Shown in pieces: positions 27,954-35,572 of a DNA stretch of 56,726 nucleotides. Made by a program: the position numbers and the translations under genes. The DNA lies in IMG/VR virus record IMGVR_UViG_3300032333_000153, positions 1 through 56,726 of that record. One strand, given 5' to 3'. The first letter of the stretch is position 1. Each line of letters begins with the position of its first letter. This DNA is from a virus. Its lineage: Duplodnaviria; Caudoviricetes. The notes below the pieces were generated by a model. That model saw only the letters and a list, made by a program, of their open reading frames with translations, was not told the DNA's origin and searched no databases.

Positions 27954-28240
27954 CACTGCGCGTGCTCGACGCACTCGTCGAGGATCAAGTCGCAGAAGTT
28001 CTTGTCGGCGATCACGACTGTGGTGACGGCCTCGAAGATCGGGTGACCGAGGCGGTAGACCTGCGTCACGTTCTTGGCGTTGGTGGCGGTGACGCTGTGG
28101 ATGTACCAGTCGTTGTCTTCGACTTCGATCTGGAGTTCGCCATTGAACATCACGCCGGCGAGGACGGCGTCGAGGCAAAGCTCCTCAACGGGGTAGACGC
28201 AGGCGGCGAGTTCACGGTCGGCGGTGTCGGGGTTGAACAT
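27950..28240 (-). CDS. Acidic early protein (possible DNA mimic)
   Basis: 96 aa, D/E-rich; first gene after the first early promoter. Confidence 0.55.
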   Translation of the reverse strand: MFNPDTADRELAACVYPVEELCLDAVLAGVMFNGELQIEVEDNDWYIHSVTATNAKNVTQVYRLGHPIFEAVTTVVIADKNFCDLILDECVEHAQW

Positions 28241-28279
28241 CTGTAATCTCCTAAGTTGGTGTGTCGCTGTGACAGGATC

Positions 28280-28331
28280 TTTATAGGCGAAATCTTTTCG
28301 GGTGTCAACAAGACCGAGAGGACAATTTGTC
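28280..28331 (-). promoter_or_regulatory. First early promoter with CGAAA-N3-TTTCG operator plus an adjacent GACAATTTGTC operator
   Basis: TTGACA-17-TATAAA (28308-28280); dyad at 28321-28331. Confidence 0.8.
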
Positions 28332-28385
28332 TTTTTTTTCGGAAGGTGCTAGGCTCTGAGGGTAAGGTTAGATTGGGAGAGGGTT

Positions 28386-28667
28386 ATGGCAGGCGAAAAC
28401 AATCAGTTAGCATCAATCGTGGAGCGTATCGAGAAGCTCGAGGACGAGAAGGCCATGCTGGCCGAGGACATCAAGGAGGTCTACGCCGAGGCCAAGGGCA
28501 ACGGGTTCGACCCCAAGATCCTCCGCAAGATCGTGGCCATGCGCAAGCAGGACGCGGACAAGCGGCGCGCGGAGCAGGCCGTGCTGGCGGTCTACATGAC
28601 GGAGCTGGGCATGCTCGCCGACACTCCGCTCGGGCAGGCGGCAATCGAGCGGGCGAGGGGCAAGTGA
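28386..28667 (+). CDS. gapR: GapR-like (DUF2312/UPF0335) DNA-binding protein
   Basis: IVERIEKLEDEK..LAEDIKEVYAEAKGNGFDPKILRKIV.MRK. Confidence 0.9.
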   Translation: MAGENNQLASIVERIEKLEDEKAMLAEDIKEVYAEAKGNGFDPKILRKIVAMRKQDADKRRAEQAVLAVYMTELGMLADTPLGQAAIERARGK

Positions 28668-28885
28668 TGCTGTTCTGGATTTCTGTGGTCGTGGTGGCCT
28701 ACGTTCTGATCGGGTTTGTGTTCGCGGTCGGCGTCTACATCCAAGAGGATGGCGACCGGAACGACAGCGAGGTCACATTCGACACGTTCATGTGGCCCAT
28801 GGTGCTGGCCGCTGTCGTGGCCCTGCTCATCGCGAGGGGCGCACGCAAGATCGGCAACTGGATCATCAAGAAGAAGGGAGCGTAA
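28667..28885 (+). CDS. Small two-TM membrane protein
   Basis: Two hydrophobic segments, WP motif. Confidence 0.55.
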   Translation: MLFWISVVVVAYVLIGFVFAVGVYIQEDGDRNDSEVTFDTFMWPMVLAAVVALLIARGARKIGNWIIKKKGA

Positions 28886-28887
28886 GC

Positions 28888-29472
28888 GTGGCAAAATCGG
28901 GGCGGCCTTTGACATGCAGTGTCGTGCAAAATGTCGAAATATACGCACTGTGTGAACCGGGCACCGATATCGTTCGGTACATCGGAAAGGCAAAGTGCGC
29001 TCAAAAAAGGTTGATGACGCACATACGGGAAAGCCGACGGAGAAGCCGCCCCGTCAATTTATGGGTAAGGAAAGTTTGCGCATCAGGAAACGTGCCTTCG
29101 GTGGTTATCTTGAGGGTTGTTCCTGTTGAGGTGTGGGAAGATGAAGAAAGAAAAATCATAGCTGAGTATCGGCAAAAATATTCAAACCTGCTTAACGTCG
29201 CGGATGGCGGATCTATGCCTAAGTCAGATCCTAAAAAGTCATCCGTTCGGATAAAGCTCGTTGTTGAGCAGCGTCACAAGAGCATTATGAGGGTCTATCG
29301 CATCATTGAGTACTACGTGAGTATGTCTCGCAGGCTTTTCCCTCACAGAACTGAGCGCTATCTCGCTGTCAAAGAAACGTGGAGGGCTGCGGTAATGGTT
29401 GCTCGAGCGAATGGAAAGATGGATATTCTTGAGCAAAAAGCAGGAGGCTTCCTTGCCGCCCACTCCCGCTAA
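28888..29472 (+). CDS. GIY-YIG homing endonuclease-like protein
   Basis: IYALCEP...RYIGKA...KRL..H; E...I; LLNVADGG; AT-rich. Confidence 0.75.
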   Translation: MAKSGRPLTCSVVQNVEIYALCEPGTDIVRYIGKAKCAQKRLMTHIRESRRRSRPVNLWVRKVCASGNVPSVVILRVVPVEVWEDEERKIIAEYRQKYSNLLNVADGGSMPKSDPKKSSVRIKLVVEQRHKSIMRVYRIIEYYVSMSRRLFPHRTERYLAVKETWRAAVMVARANGKMDILEQKAGGFLAAHSR

Positions 29473-29941
29473 AAAGGGGCGTCCCCCAATTCGCCCTAAC
29501 CCACTTGATCCGGGTATTGTTGATCGGATCTGCGAAGGGCTTGTTGCCGGCGAGACCATCACAAAGGTCTGTGAACCGGAGGACATGCCGCACTTCACCA
29601 TGGTCTATCGGGCCATGGCGAAAGACGAAGATTTCGCTAACGCTATCGCAAAGGCTCGCGCGGCGCAGCAGGAGGCCGAAATCGACAAGATGATCGACAT
29701 CGCTGATTCGGCGACCGCCGAGAACGTGAATGTCGCGAAGCTGCGGATATGGGCTCGCCAATGGCGGGCAATGAAGCTCTCGCCTAAAAAGTACGGCGAG
29801 AAGGTGCATGCGGAAGTCACCGGCGCGAACGGCGGCCCGATCCAAACTCAGGCAACGGTTGTGGACGCGACCCAGTTAGAGCCAGCGCAGCGCGAGGCGC
29901 TGAAGCTGGCCCTGCTGGCGGCAAAGGAGAAAAAGGGATGA
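29399..29941 (+). CDS. terS: Terminase small subunit (start uncertain, possibly TTG 29429)
   Basis: GRP...ICEGL..GE...C....MP; AKLRI.ARQW.A.KL.PKKYGEK; EVTGANGGPI. Confidence 0.85.
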   Translation: MLERMERWIFLSKKQEASLPPTPAKKGRPPIRPNPLDPGIVDRICEGLVAGETITKVCEPEDMPHFTMVYRAMAKDEDFANAIAKARAAQQEAEIDKMIDIADSATAENVNVAKLRIWARQWRAMKLSPKKYGEKVHAEVTGANGGPIQTQATVVDATQLEPAQREALKLALLAAKEKKG

Positions 29942-30192
29942 ACCAGTCAGAATTGAATGATGCCTTTAACGAAGCCATCAATGAAATGAAAGCAGACCCC
30001 AAGGAGTTCGTGATTACGTATGTGGCGGCGATGGTCTCCCTGCTTTACATGCGGGGAGCCATGATGGCGATCATTGATAATCCAAAGCACGCGGGACAGT
30101 TGGCTGAGTACGCGCTGGAGGGCATCGAGGAGTTCTCGCCCGACGAGATCGCCAAGTCGCTCGGGATGGCTGCGGAGGGGGCGCTGAACTGA
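29938..30192 (+). CDS. Hypothetical protein
   Basis: ATGA coupling. Confidence 0.5.
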   Translation: MNQSELNDAFNEAINEMKADPKEFVITYVAAMVSLLYMRGAMMAIIDNPKHAGQLAEYALEGIEEFSPDEIAKSLGMAAEGALN

Positions 30193-30428
30193 TGCTCGAT
30201 GAGCTTGTCTCCACCGGGTGGCACTGGCAGTACGGTTGGCTGCGTCGCCCTGACCGCGACGACGCCCACGGCTATTGCTACGAGGAGCCTGACGGCGATC
30301 TCGTCTATACGCAGACGCTTCGCCACCGAAAGGCCATGCGCCTCGCCTGCTGGCGAGACGCGAAGACTGGCGAGAAGTATCTGGCGATCTGTCACGCGCC
30401 TGCGAAGGCGCACAAGTGGGCGAAGTGA
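30192..30428 (+). CDS. Hypothetical protein
   Basis: GWHWQYGWLRRP; coupled. Confidence 0.5.
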   Translation: MLDELVSTGWHWQYGWLRRPDRDDAHGYCYEEPDGDLVYTQTLRHRKAMRLACWRDAKTGEKYLAICHAPAKAHKWAK

Positions 30429-31436
30429 ATGGCGGCCTATTACAACGAGATCGAACCTTACGCAGCGCAGTGGCTGCGGAACTTAATCACTGCCGGCCTA
30501 CTGCCGCAAGGAGAAGTTGATGAGCGGTCAATTGTCGATGTTTCCCCAGACGACCTGCGAGGATTCACCCAAGCTCACTTCTTCGCCGGTATTGGCGGAT
30601 GGTCTCACGCCCTCCGTCTCGCCGGATGGCCTGACGATCAAGAAGTCTGGACCGGCTCTTGCCCGTGTCAGCCGTTCAGCGTCGCCGGGAAAGGACTTGG
30701 GGCAGCCGATCCAAGGCACCTGTGGCCGCACTTTCACCGGCTCATTGCCGCCCGCAGACCGCCTGTCGTATTTGGCGAACAGGTTAGTGGAGCGGCTGGG
30801 TATGGTTGGCTCGACGGAGTTCAGTCTGATCTGGCGCAAGAAAGCTACACCTGCGAAGGCTTCGATATACCGGCTTGCTCCGTTGACGCGCCGCACATCC
30901 GACAGCGGCTCTATTGGGTCGCAAGCGACGTGGGGAACGCCGACCGTTCAGGCGGCGCGTCATGCAACGCTTTCGCCAGCGGAACAGAAGCGCGCTCCGG
31001 GAAACCTGTGGGTTCAGGTGTATGCCGCGACATGGCCGACGCCAAGAACTTCAGACGAGAAGAATGGGCGCGGCAAGACGGGCAACAGATCGCCGGAAGC
31101 GGCAGCGAAAGCGGGCTGGACGCTGCCGGAAATAACACGGGCGACATGGCTGACGCCGACAGCGCAGCCATCCAACGGAGACGGCGAGAGCTTTCTCAGG
31201 CGGAAGGGGCGAAAGCCGGATGGGGCGATAACGGATCTTGGGGCGCTGGCGCTTTCTGGTCTGACGCAATCTGGCTCACCGGAGCAGACGGCAAGTCGAG
31301 GCGCGCTAAACCCGGAGTTCCCCTGCTGGCTCATGGGGTATCCGCCCGAGTGGGACGCTTGCGCGCCTACGGCAATGCCATCGTCCCGCAACTCGCGGCG
31401 GAAGTCATAGGCGCGTACATGGAGTGTAGGCCGTGA
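30429..31436 (+). CDS. C5 cytosine DNA methyltransferase, large (alpha) chain lacking motif IX
   Basis: HFFAGIGG, GSCPCQPFS, FGEQV, APHIRQRLYWV, C-terminal motif X RAYGNAIVP. Confidence 0.9.
   Translation: MAAYYNEIEPYAAQWLRNLITAGLLPQGEVDERSIVDVSPDDLRGFTQAHFFAGIGGWSHALRLAGWPDDQEVWTGSCPCQPFSVAGKGLGAADPRHLWPHFHRLIAARRPPVVFGEQVSGAAGYGWLDGVQSDLAQESYTCEGFDIPACSVDAPHIRQRLYWVASDVGNADRSGGASCNAFASGTEARSGKPVGSGVCRDMADAKNFRREEWARQDGQQIAGSGSESGLDAAGNNTGDMADADSAAIQRRRRELSQAEGAKAGWGDNGSWGAGAFWSDAIWLTGADGKSRRAKPGVPLLAHGVSARVGRLRAYGNAIVPQLAAEVIGAYMECRP
30517..31410 (+). CDS. Nested alternative-frame ORF: putative beta chain of the C5 MTase (three W-x-T-P repeats plus motif IX)
   Basis: 297 codons open; RBS AAGGAG at ~30508; ends GALNPEFPCWLMGYPPEW. 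Confidence 0.7.
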   Translation: MMSGQLSMFPQTTCEDSPKLTSSPVLADGLTPSVSPDGLTIKKSGPALARVSRSASPGKDLGQPIQGTCGRTFTGSLPPADRLSYLANRLVERLGMVGSTEFSLIWRKKATPAKASIYRLAPLTRRTSDSGSIGSQATWGTPTVQAARHATLSPAEQKRAPGNLWVQVYAATWPTPRTSDEKNGRGKTGNRSPEAAAKAGWTLPEITRATWLTPTAQPSNGDGESFLRRKGRKPDGAITDLGALALSGLTQSGSPEQTASRGALNPEFPCWLMGYPPEWDACAPTAMPSSRNSRRKS

Positions 31437-33073
31437 CCGCGCACGTCCTGCGCTTCAACGGCCAGCTCATCGACATTGAGGGCCAGCTACTCTCAATCTC
31501 CAAAGCGGAGTGCGAAGAGTCGCTGGCCGAGTTCATTCGGCAGGCGTGGCACATCATCGAGCCGGGCGCTGACTACATTCACGGCTGGCACATAGACTTC
31601 ATCTGCGAGCACCTCGAAGCAATCACGGACGGCGTCGAGCTGGACGACGGCTCGCCCTACAACCGCCTGCTCATCAATGTGCCGCCGGGCACCATGAAGT
31701 CGCTCATCACGAACGTCTTCTGGCCCTCGTGGGAGTGGGGGCCACGCAACCAGCCCCACCTGCGCTATGTCTGCGCGGCGCACTCGCAAGACCTGTCCAT
31801 CCGCGACGGCCTGCGCATGCGGCGCCTGATCTCGTCCGAGTGGTATCAGGCGCGCTGGGGCGACCGCGTCATACTGACCGGCGACCAAAACCAAAAGACC
31901 AAGTTCGAGACGACCGCCACCGGCTTCCGGCAGGCAACCGCGTCCGGCTCCATCACCGGCGCTCGTGGCGACCGGGTCATCATCGACGACCCGCATTCGG
32001 TCGAGGGCGCGAACTCGGACGCCATGCGCCGCTCGACGAATGAGTGGTTCCTCGAGGCCGTCCCGACGCGCCTCAACAATCCGAAGCGCTCGGCCATCAT
32101 CGTCATCATGCAGCGCCTGCATGAGGAGGACGTGAGCGGCATCATCACGGAGAAGCAGCTCGGCTACGACCACATCATGCTGCCCATGCGCTACGACGAA
32201 ACGCGCCACTGCGTCACCCTGCTGGGCGTCGAGGATCCGCGCACGGAGGATGGCGAGCTGCTGTTCCCGGCCCGGTTCCCCGAGGACGTGGTGGACCGCG
32301 ACGAGAAGGTCATGGGTCCATACGCGACCGCCGGCCAGTTCCAGCAGCAGCCGACGCCGCGAGGCGGTGGCGTCATCAAGGCGAGCTGGTGGCAACCGTG
32401 GGACGCAGACGCTTACCCGCCCATGGACTTCGTCATCGCCAGCTTGGACACGGCCTACACGACCAAGCAGGAGAACGACTATAGCGCGCTCACCGTCTGG
32501 GGCGTCTTCTCCCGCGACAACACCATCGCGCTGGCCAACAAGGTCGCCAGCCGCGACGGCGAGAGCATCGCCGAGATCCAGCGCTACTACGTCGAGGGCG
32601 CGCCCCGCGTCATGCTCATGGCGGCATGGCAGGAGCGGCTGGAGCTGTCCGAGCTGGTTGAGAAGGTGACTAATAGTTGCCAGCGCATGCGCGTTGACAG
32701 GCTGCTGATCGAGTCCAAGGCCGCCGGCATCTCGGTGGCGCAGGAGATCCGCCGCCTCTACGGCTCTGAGGACTGGGCCGTCCAGCTCATCAATCCGGGC
32801 GCGATAGACAAGCTGGCCCGGCTCTACAGCGTCCAGCACCTGTTCTCGGAGGGGCTGATCTACGCCCCGGATCGACATTGGGCGGATCTGGTTATAAGGC
32901 AGTGCGAAGTCTTCCCGAAGGGCAAGAACGACGACTTGGTGGACACCGTGGCGATGGCGCTGCGCCACCTGCGCGAGCTTGGCATGCTGTCCCGCTCTGC
33001 GGAACGGTCGGCGGAGATTGAGGATCAGCTCATGCAGCGCGCCGGCGGTCCCGCGCCGCTGTATCCGGCTTGA
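31433..33073 (+). CDS. terL: Terminase large subunit
   Basis: LLINVPPGTMKS, GARGDRVIIDDPH, MQRLHE.D, SLDTA...DYSA, KNDDLVD. Confidence 0.93.
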   Translation: MTAHVLRFNGQLIDIEGQLLSISKAECEESLAEFIRQAWHIIEPGADYIHGWHIDFICEHLEAITDGVELDDGSPYNRLLINVPPGTMKSLITNVFWPSWEWGPRNQPHLRYVCAAHSQDLSIRDGLRMRRLISSEWYQARWGDRVILTGDQNQKTKFETTATGFRQATASGSITGARGDRVIIDDPHSVEGANSDAMRRSTNEWFLEAVPTRLNNPKRSAIIVIMQRLHEEDVSGIITEKQLGYDHIMLPMRYDETRHCVTLLGVEDPRTEDGELLFPARFPEDVVDRDEKVMGPYATAGQFQQQPTPRGGGVIKASWWQPWDADAYPPMDFVIASLDTAYTTKQENDYSALTVWGVFSRDNTIALANKVASRDGESIAEIQRYYVEGAPRVMLMAAWQERLELSELVEKVTNSCQRMRVDRLLIESKAAGISVAQEIRRLYGSEDWAVQLINPGAIDKLARLYSVQHLFSEGLIYAPDRHWADLVIRQCEVFPKGKNDDLVDTVAMALRHLRELGMLSRSAERSAEIEDQLMQRAGGPAPLYPA

Positions 33074-33303
33074 TGGAGGTTGAAATCGTGAGCCAGCGAA
33101 TACTTGCCCGCGCCATCGTGGACGTGGAGGAGAGCCCAAGCCCGATCAAGCTCGGGCGCTTCCGTGTCGAGGTTTTCGGAGACGAGCCTCATGATTACGT
33201 CCGCGTCTATACCGTCCGGGCGAAATCTGATACTCTCGCCGCGCAGGAAGGTCTTCGGCTGTTTGTCGAGGAAATCGAGCTTTTACTTTCTGAAAAGGCG
33301 TAA
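33070..33303 (+). CDS. Small conserved protein between terminase and portal
   Basis: YTVRAKSDTLAAQEGL.LFVE. Confidence 0.55.
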   Translation: MMEVEIVSQRILARAIVDVEESPSPIKLGRFRVEVFGDEPHDYVRVYTVRAKSDTLAAQEGLRLFVEEIELLLSEKA

Positions 33304-33305
33304 CA

Positions 33306-35567
33306 ATGGCCGGTCTCGTTAATCCCAACATCCGCCTGCCCGGCCTTCCTGAGCCGGAACTCCCGGAAGTCATTATCGAGGCCGGCACCGACGTGCCCGA
33401 CATCGACACGCAGGGCAACATCCTGAGGATTGACCACGCTGACGGATCCGTCACGGTCAGCCTCGACGGCAAGCCCATCGACGGGCCGGGCTCCCGCAAG
33501 GCCGGCGGCTGGTTCGACAATCTGGTGGACGAGATTGACGACATGGAGCTGGCGCGGATCTCCGATGACCTGCTGCGCGGGATCGGCGACGACATCCAGA
33601 GCCGGCAGGAATGGATCGACGACCGGGCGCAGGGCATCAGCCTGCTCGGCCTCAAGATCGAGATCCCCGGCCTTCAGGGCGCGTCCGACGGTGCCCCCGT
33701 CGAGGGCATGAGCAAGGTCCGGCACCCGCTGCTGCTGGAGGCGGTCCTCCGCTTTCAGGCCAACGCCCGATCCGAGATGCTCCCGACCGACGGCCCGGTG
33801 AAGATCCGGAACGACAACAACAACGCCGATCTGGCGCAGGATCAGCTCGCCCGCGCGCTGGAGCGCGACCTGAACCACTACCTGACGGACACGGCGTCCG
33901 AGTATTACCCCGACACCGACCGCATGCTGCTCATGCTCGGCTTCGGCGGGACGGCGTTCAAGAAGGTCTACTACTGCCCGCTGCGCAACCGCCCGGTCAG
34001 CGAGACTGTCGATGCCGACGACCTGATCGTGAACAACGCCGCCACCGACCTGCGCAACGCCAAGCGCATCACGCACCGGACGTACCTGCGGCCCTCGACG
34101 GTCAAGCGGCTCCAGCTCCTCGGCGTCTATCGCGACATCAATCTGTCTCAGCCCCGCTCGGCCACTCTGGACGCCGTCCAGCGAGCCCAGCGGTCCACGC
34201 AGGGTATCTCGGATGCGTCCATCAACCCGGACGACCGCGACCGCGAGATCTACGAGTGCTACTGCGAGCTGGACCTTCGTGGCTTCGAGCACCGCTTTAA
34301 GGGCAAGGAGACGGGCCTCGAAATCCCCTACCGCGTGACCATCGATGTGTCGTCGCGCGAGATCCTGTCGGTCGTGCGCAACTACGACGAGGATAGTGCC
34401 GAGCTGCCCGAGGCGCGCGTGAACTTCGTCAAGTACACGTTCGTGCCGGGCTTCGGCTTCTACGACATCGGGCTTCTGCACATTTTGGGCAACACCACCA
34501 ACGCGGTGACTGCTGCATGGCGCGAAATGTTGGACGCGGGCATGTTCGCCAACTTCCCCGGCTTCCTGATGGCCGACATGGGCGGGAGGCAAAACACCAA
34601 CATCTTCCGAGTGCCGCCGGGTGGCGGCGCGCTCGTGAAGACTGGCGGGATGCCGATCAATCAGGCGATCATGCCGCTCCCGTACAAGGAGCCCGGCGCG
34701 GCCCTGATGAACCTTGCCAACAGCATGGCGGAGACGGGCCAGCGCGTTGGTGGGACGGCTGAGCTGGCGGTCGGCGAGGGGCGCGCTGACGCCCCTGTCG
34801 GCACGACGCTGGCCCTGATCGATCAGGCCACGAAGGTGCTGAACTCGGTCCACAAGCGCATGCACGCGGCGCAGGCCGACGAGTTCAAGCTGCTGGTGCG
34901 GTGCTTCAAGGAGCACCCGGAGAGCTTCTGGCAGCGGTGTCAGAAGCCCTCGATGCAGTGGGACGAGCAGACGTTCCTCAAGGCCATCAACGACTGCGAT
35001 CTGGTCCCGCAGGCGGACCCGAACACGGCGAGCCAGACGCAGCGCATGATGAAGATCATGGGCCTGAAGCAGCTCCAGCAGGCGAGCCCGTCGCTCTACG
35101 ACCCGATTGCCATCGACAGCGCCGCGTTGCAGGCCATGGGCTGGAGCAACCCGCAGCAGTTCATGGTCCCGCCGGCGTCGCTCCAGCAGAAGGATCCGCC
35201 CGAGGTCGAGTACGCCAAGGCGAAGCTGGCCATTGAGAAGCAGAAGGCCGACGCCGACACCATGCGGGCGCAGGCCGACGTGCAGAAGACCTTGGCGGAT
35301 GTCGGCGGTCAGCCGGGAGGCGAGGTGGATCCGCTCAAGGTCGCGGAGATCGAGACGCGCAATCGCGAAATGGCCATGAAGCAGCAGGACATGCAGCTCG
35401 ACAGCCTAAACCGCGAGCGCGAGCGCGAGAGCCGCGAGCGTCTGGCGGCGGTCCGGCTGGCGCAGGACATTGCGAAGAACCCGATGGGCCTTCCGATAGT
35501 GCAGAACATGCTCGACCCTGCTATGTTGCAGAGATTGCAAAGCAACGAGCCCCCGCTGACGGAGTAG
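33306..35567 (+). CDS. Portal protein
   Basis: 753 aa after terL; HPLLLEAV.RFQA, GTAFKKVYY, PGFGFY.IGL.H, PVGTT.AL. Confidence 0.88.
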   Translation: MAGLVNPNIRLPGLPEPELPEVIIEAGTDVPDIDTQGNILRIDHADGSVTVSLDGKPIDGPGSRKAGGWFDNLVDEIDDMELARISDDLLRGIGDDIQSRQEWIDDRAQGISLLGLKIEIPGLQGASDGAPVEGMSKVRHPLLLEAVLRFQANARSEMLPTDGPVKIRNDNNNADLAQDQLARALERDLNHYLTDTASEYYPDTDRMLLMLGFGGTAFKKVYYCPLRNRPVSETVDADDLIVNNAATDLRNAKRITHRTYLRPSTVKRLQLLGVYRDINLSQPRSATLDAVQRAQRSTQGISDASINPDDRDREIYECYCELDLRGFEHRFKGKETGLEIPYRVTIDVSSREILSVVRNYDEDSAELPEARVNFVKYTFVPGFGFYDIGLLHILGNTTNAVTAAWREMLDAGMFANFPGFLMADMGGRQNTNIFRVPPGGGALVKTGGMPINQAIMPLPYKEPGAALMNLANSMAETGQRVGGTAELAVGEGRADAPVGTTLALIDQATKVLNSVHKRMHAAQADEFKLLVRCFKEHPESFWQRCQKPSMQWDEQTFLKAINDCDLVPQADPNTASQTQRMMKIMGLKQLQQASPSLYDPIAIDSAALQAMGWSNPQQFMVPPASLQQKDPPEVEYAKAKLAIEKQKADADTMRAQADVQKTLADVGGQPGGEVDPLKVAEIETRNREMAMKQQDMQLDSLNRERERESRERLAAVRLAQDIAKNPMGLPIVQNMLDPAMLQRLQSNEPPLTE

Positions 35568-35572
35568 CGTAG

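Noticed and set aside
26016-28308. The four ~30-bp repeats as a mini-CRISPR or recombinase sites
   Set aside because: Spacing is irregular (0.36-1.07 kb) with genes between, and each repeat fits -35/-10 promoter geometry followed by an RBS.
31493-34916. Long minus-strand ORFs (548 and 569 aa) antisense to terminase and portal, and similar ones opposite the capsid and scaffold
   Set aside because: Typical shadow ORFs of GC3-biased genes, with no motifs or RBS. This is unlike the nested MTase ORF, which supplies a missing functional motif.
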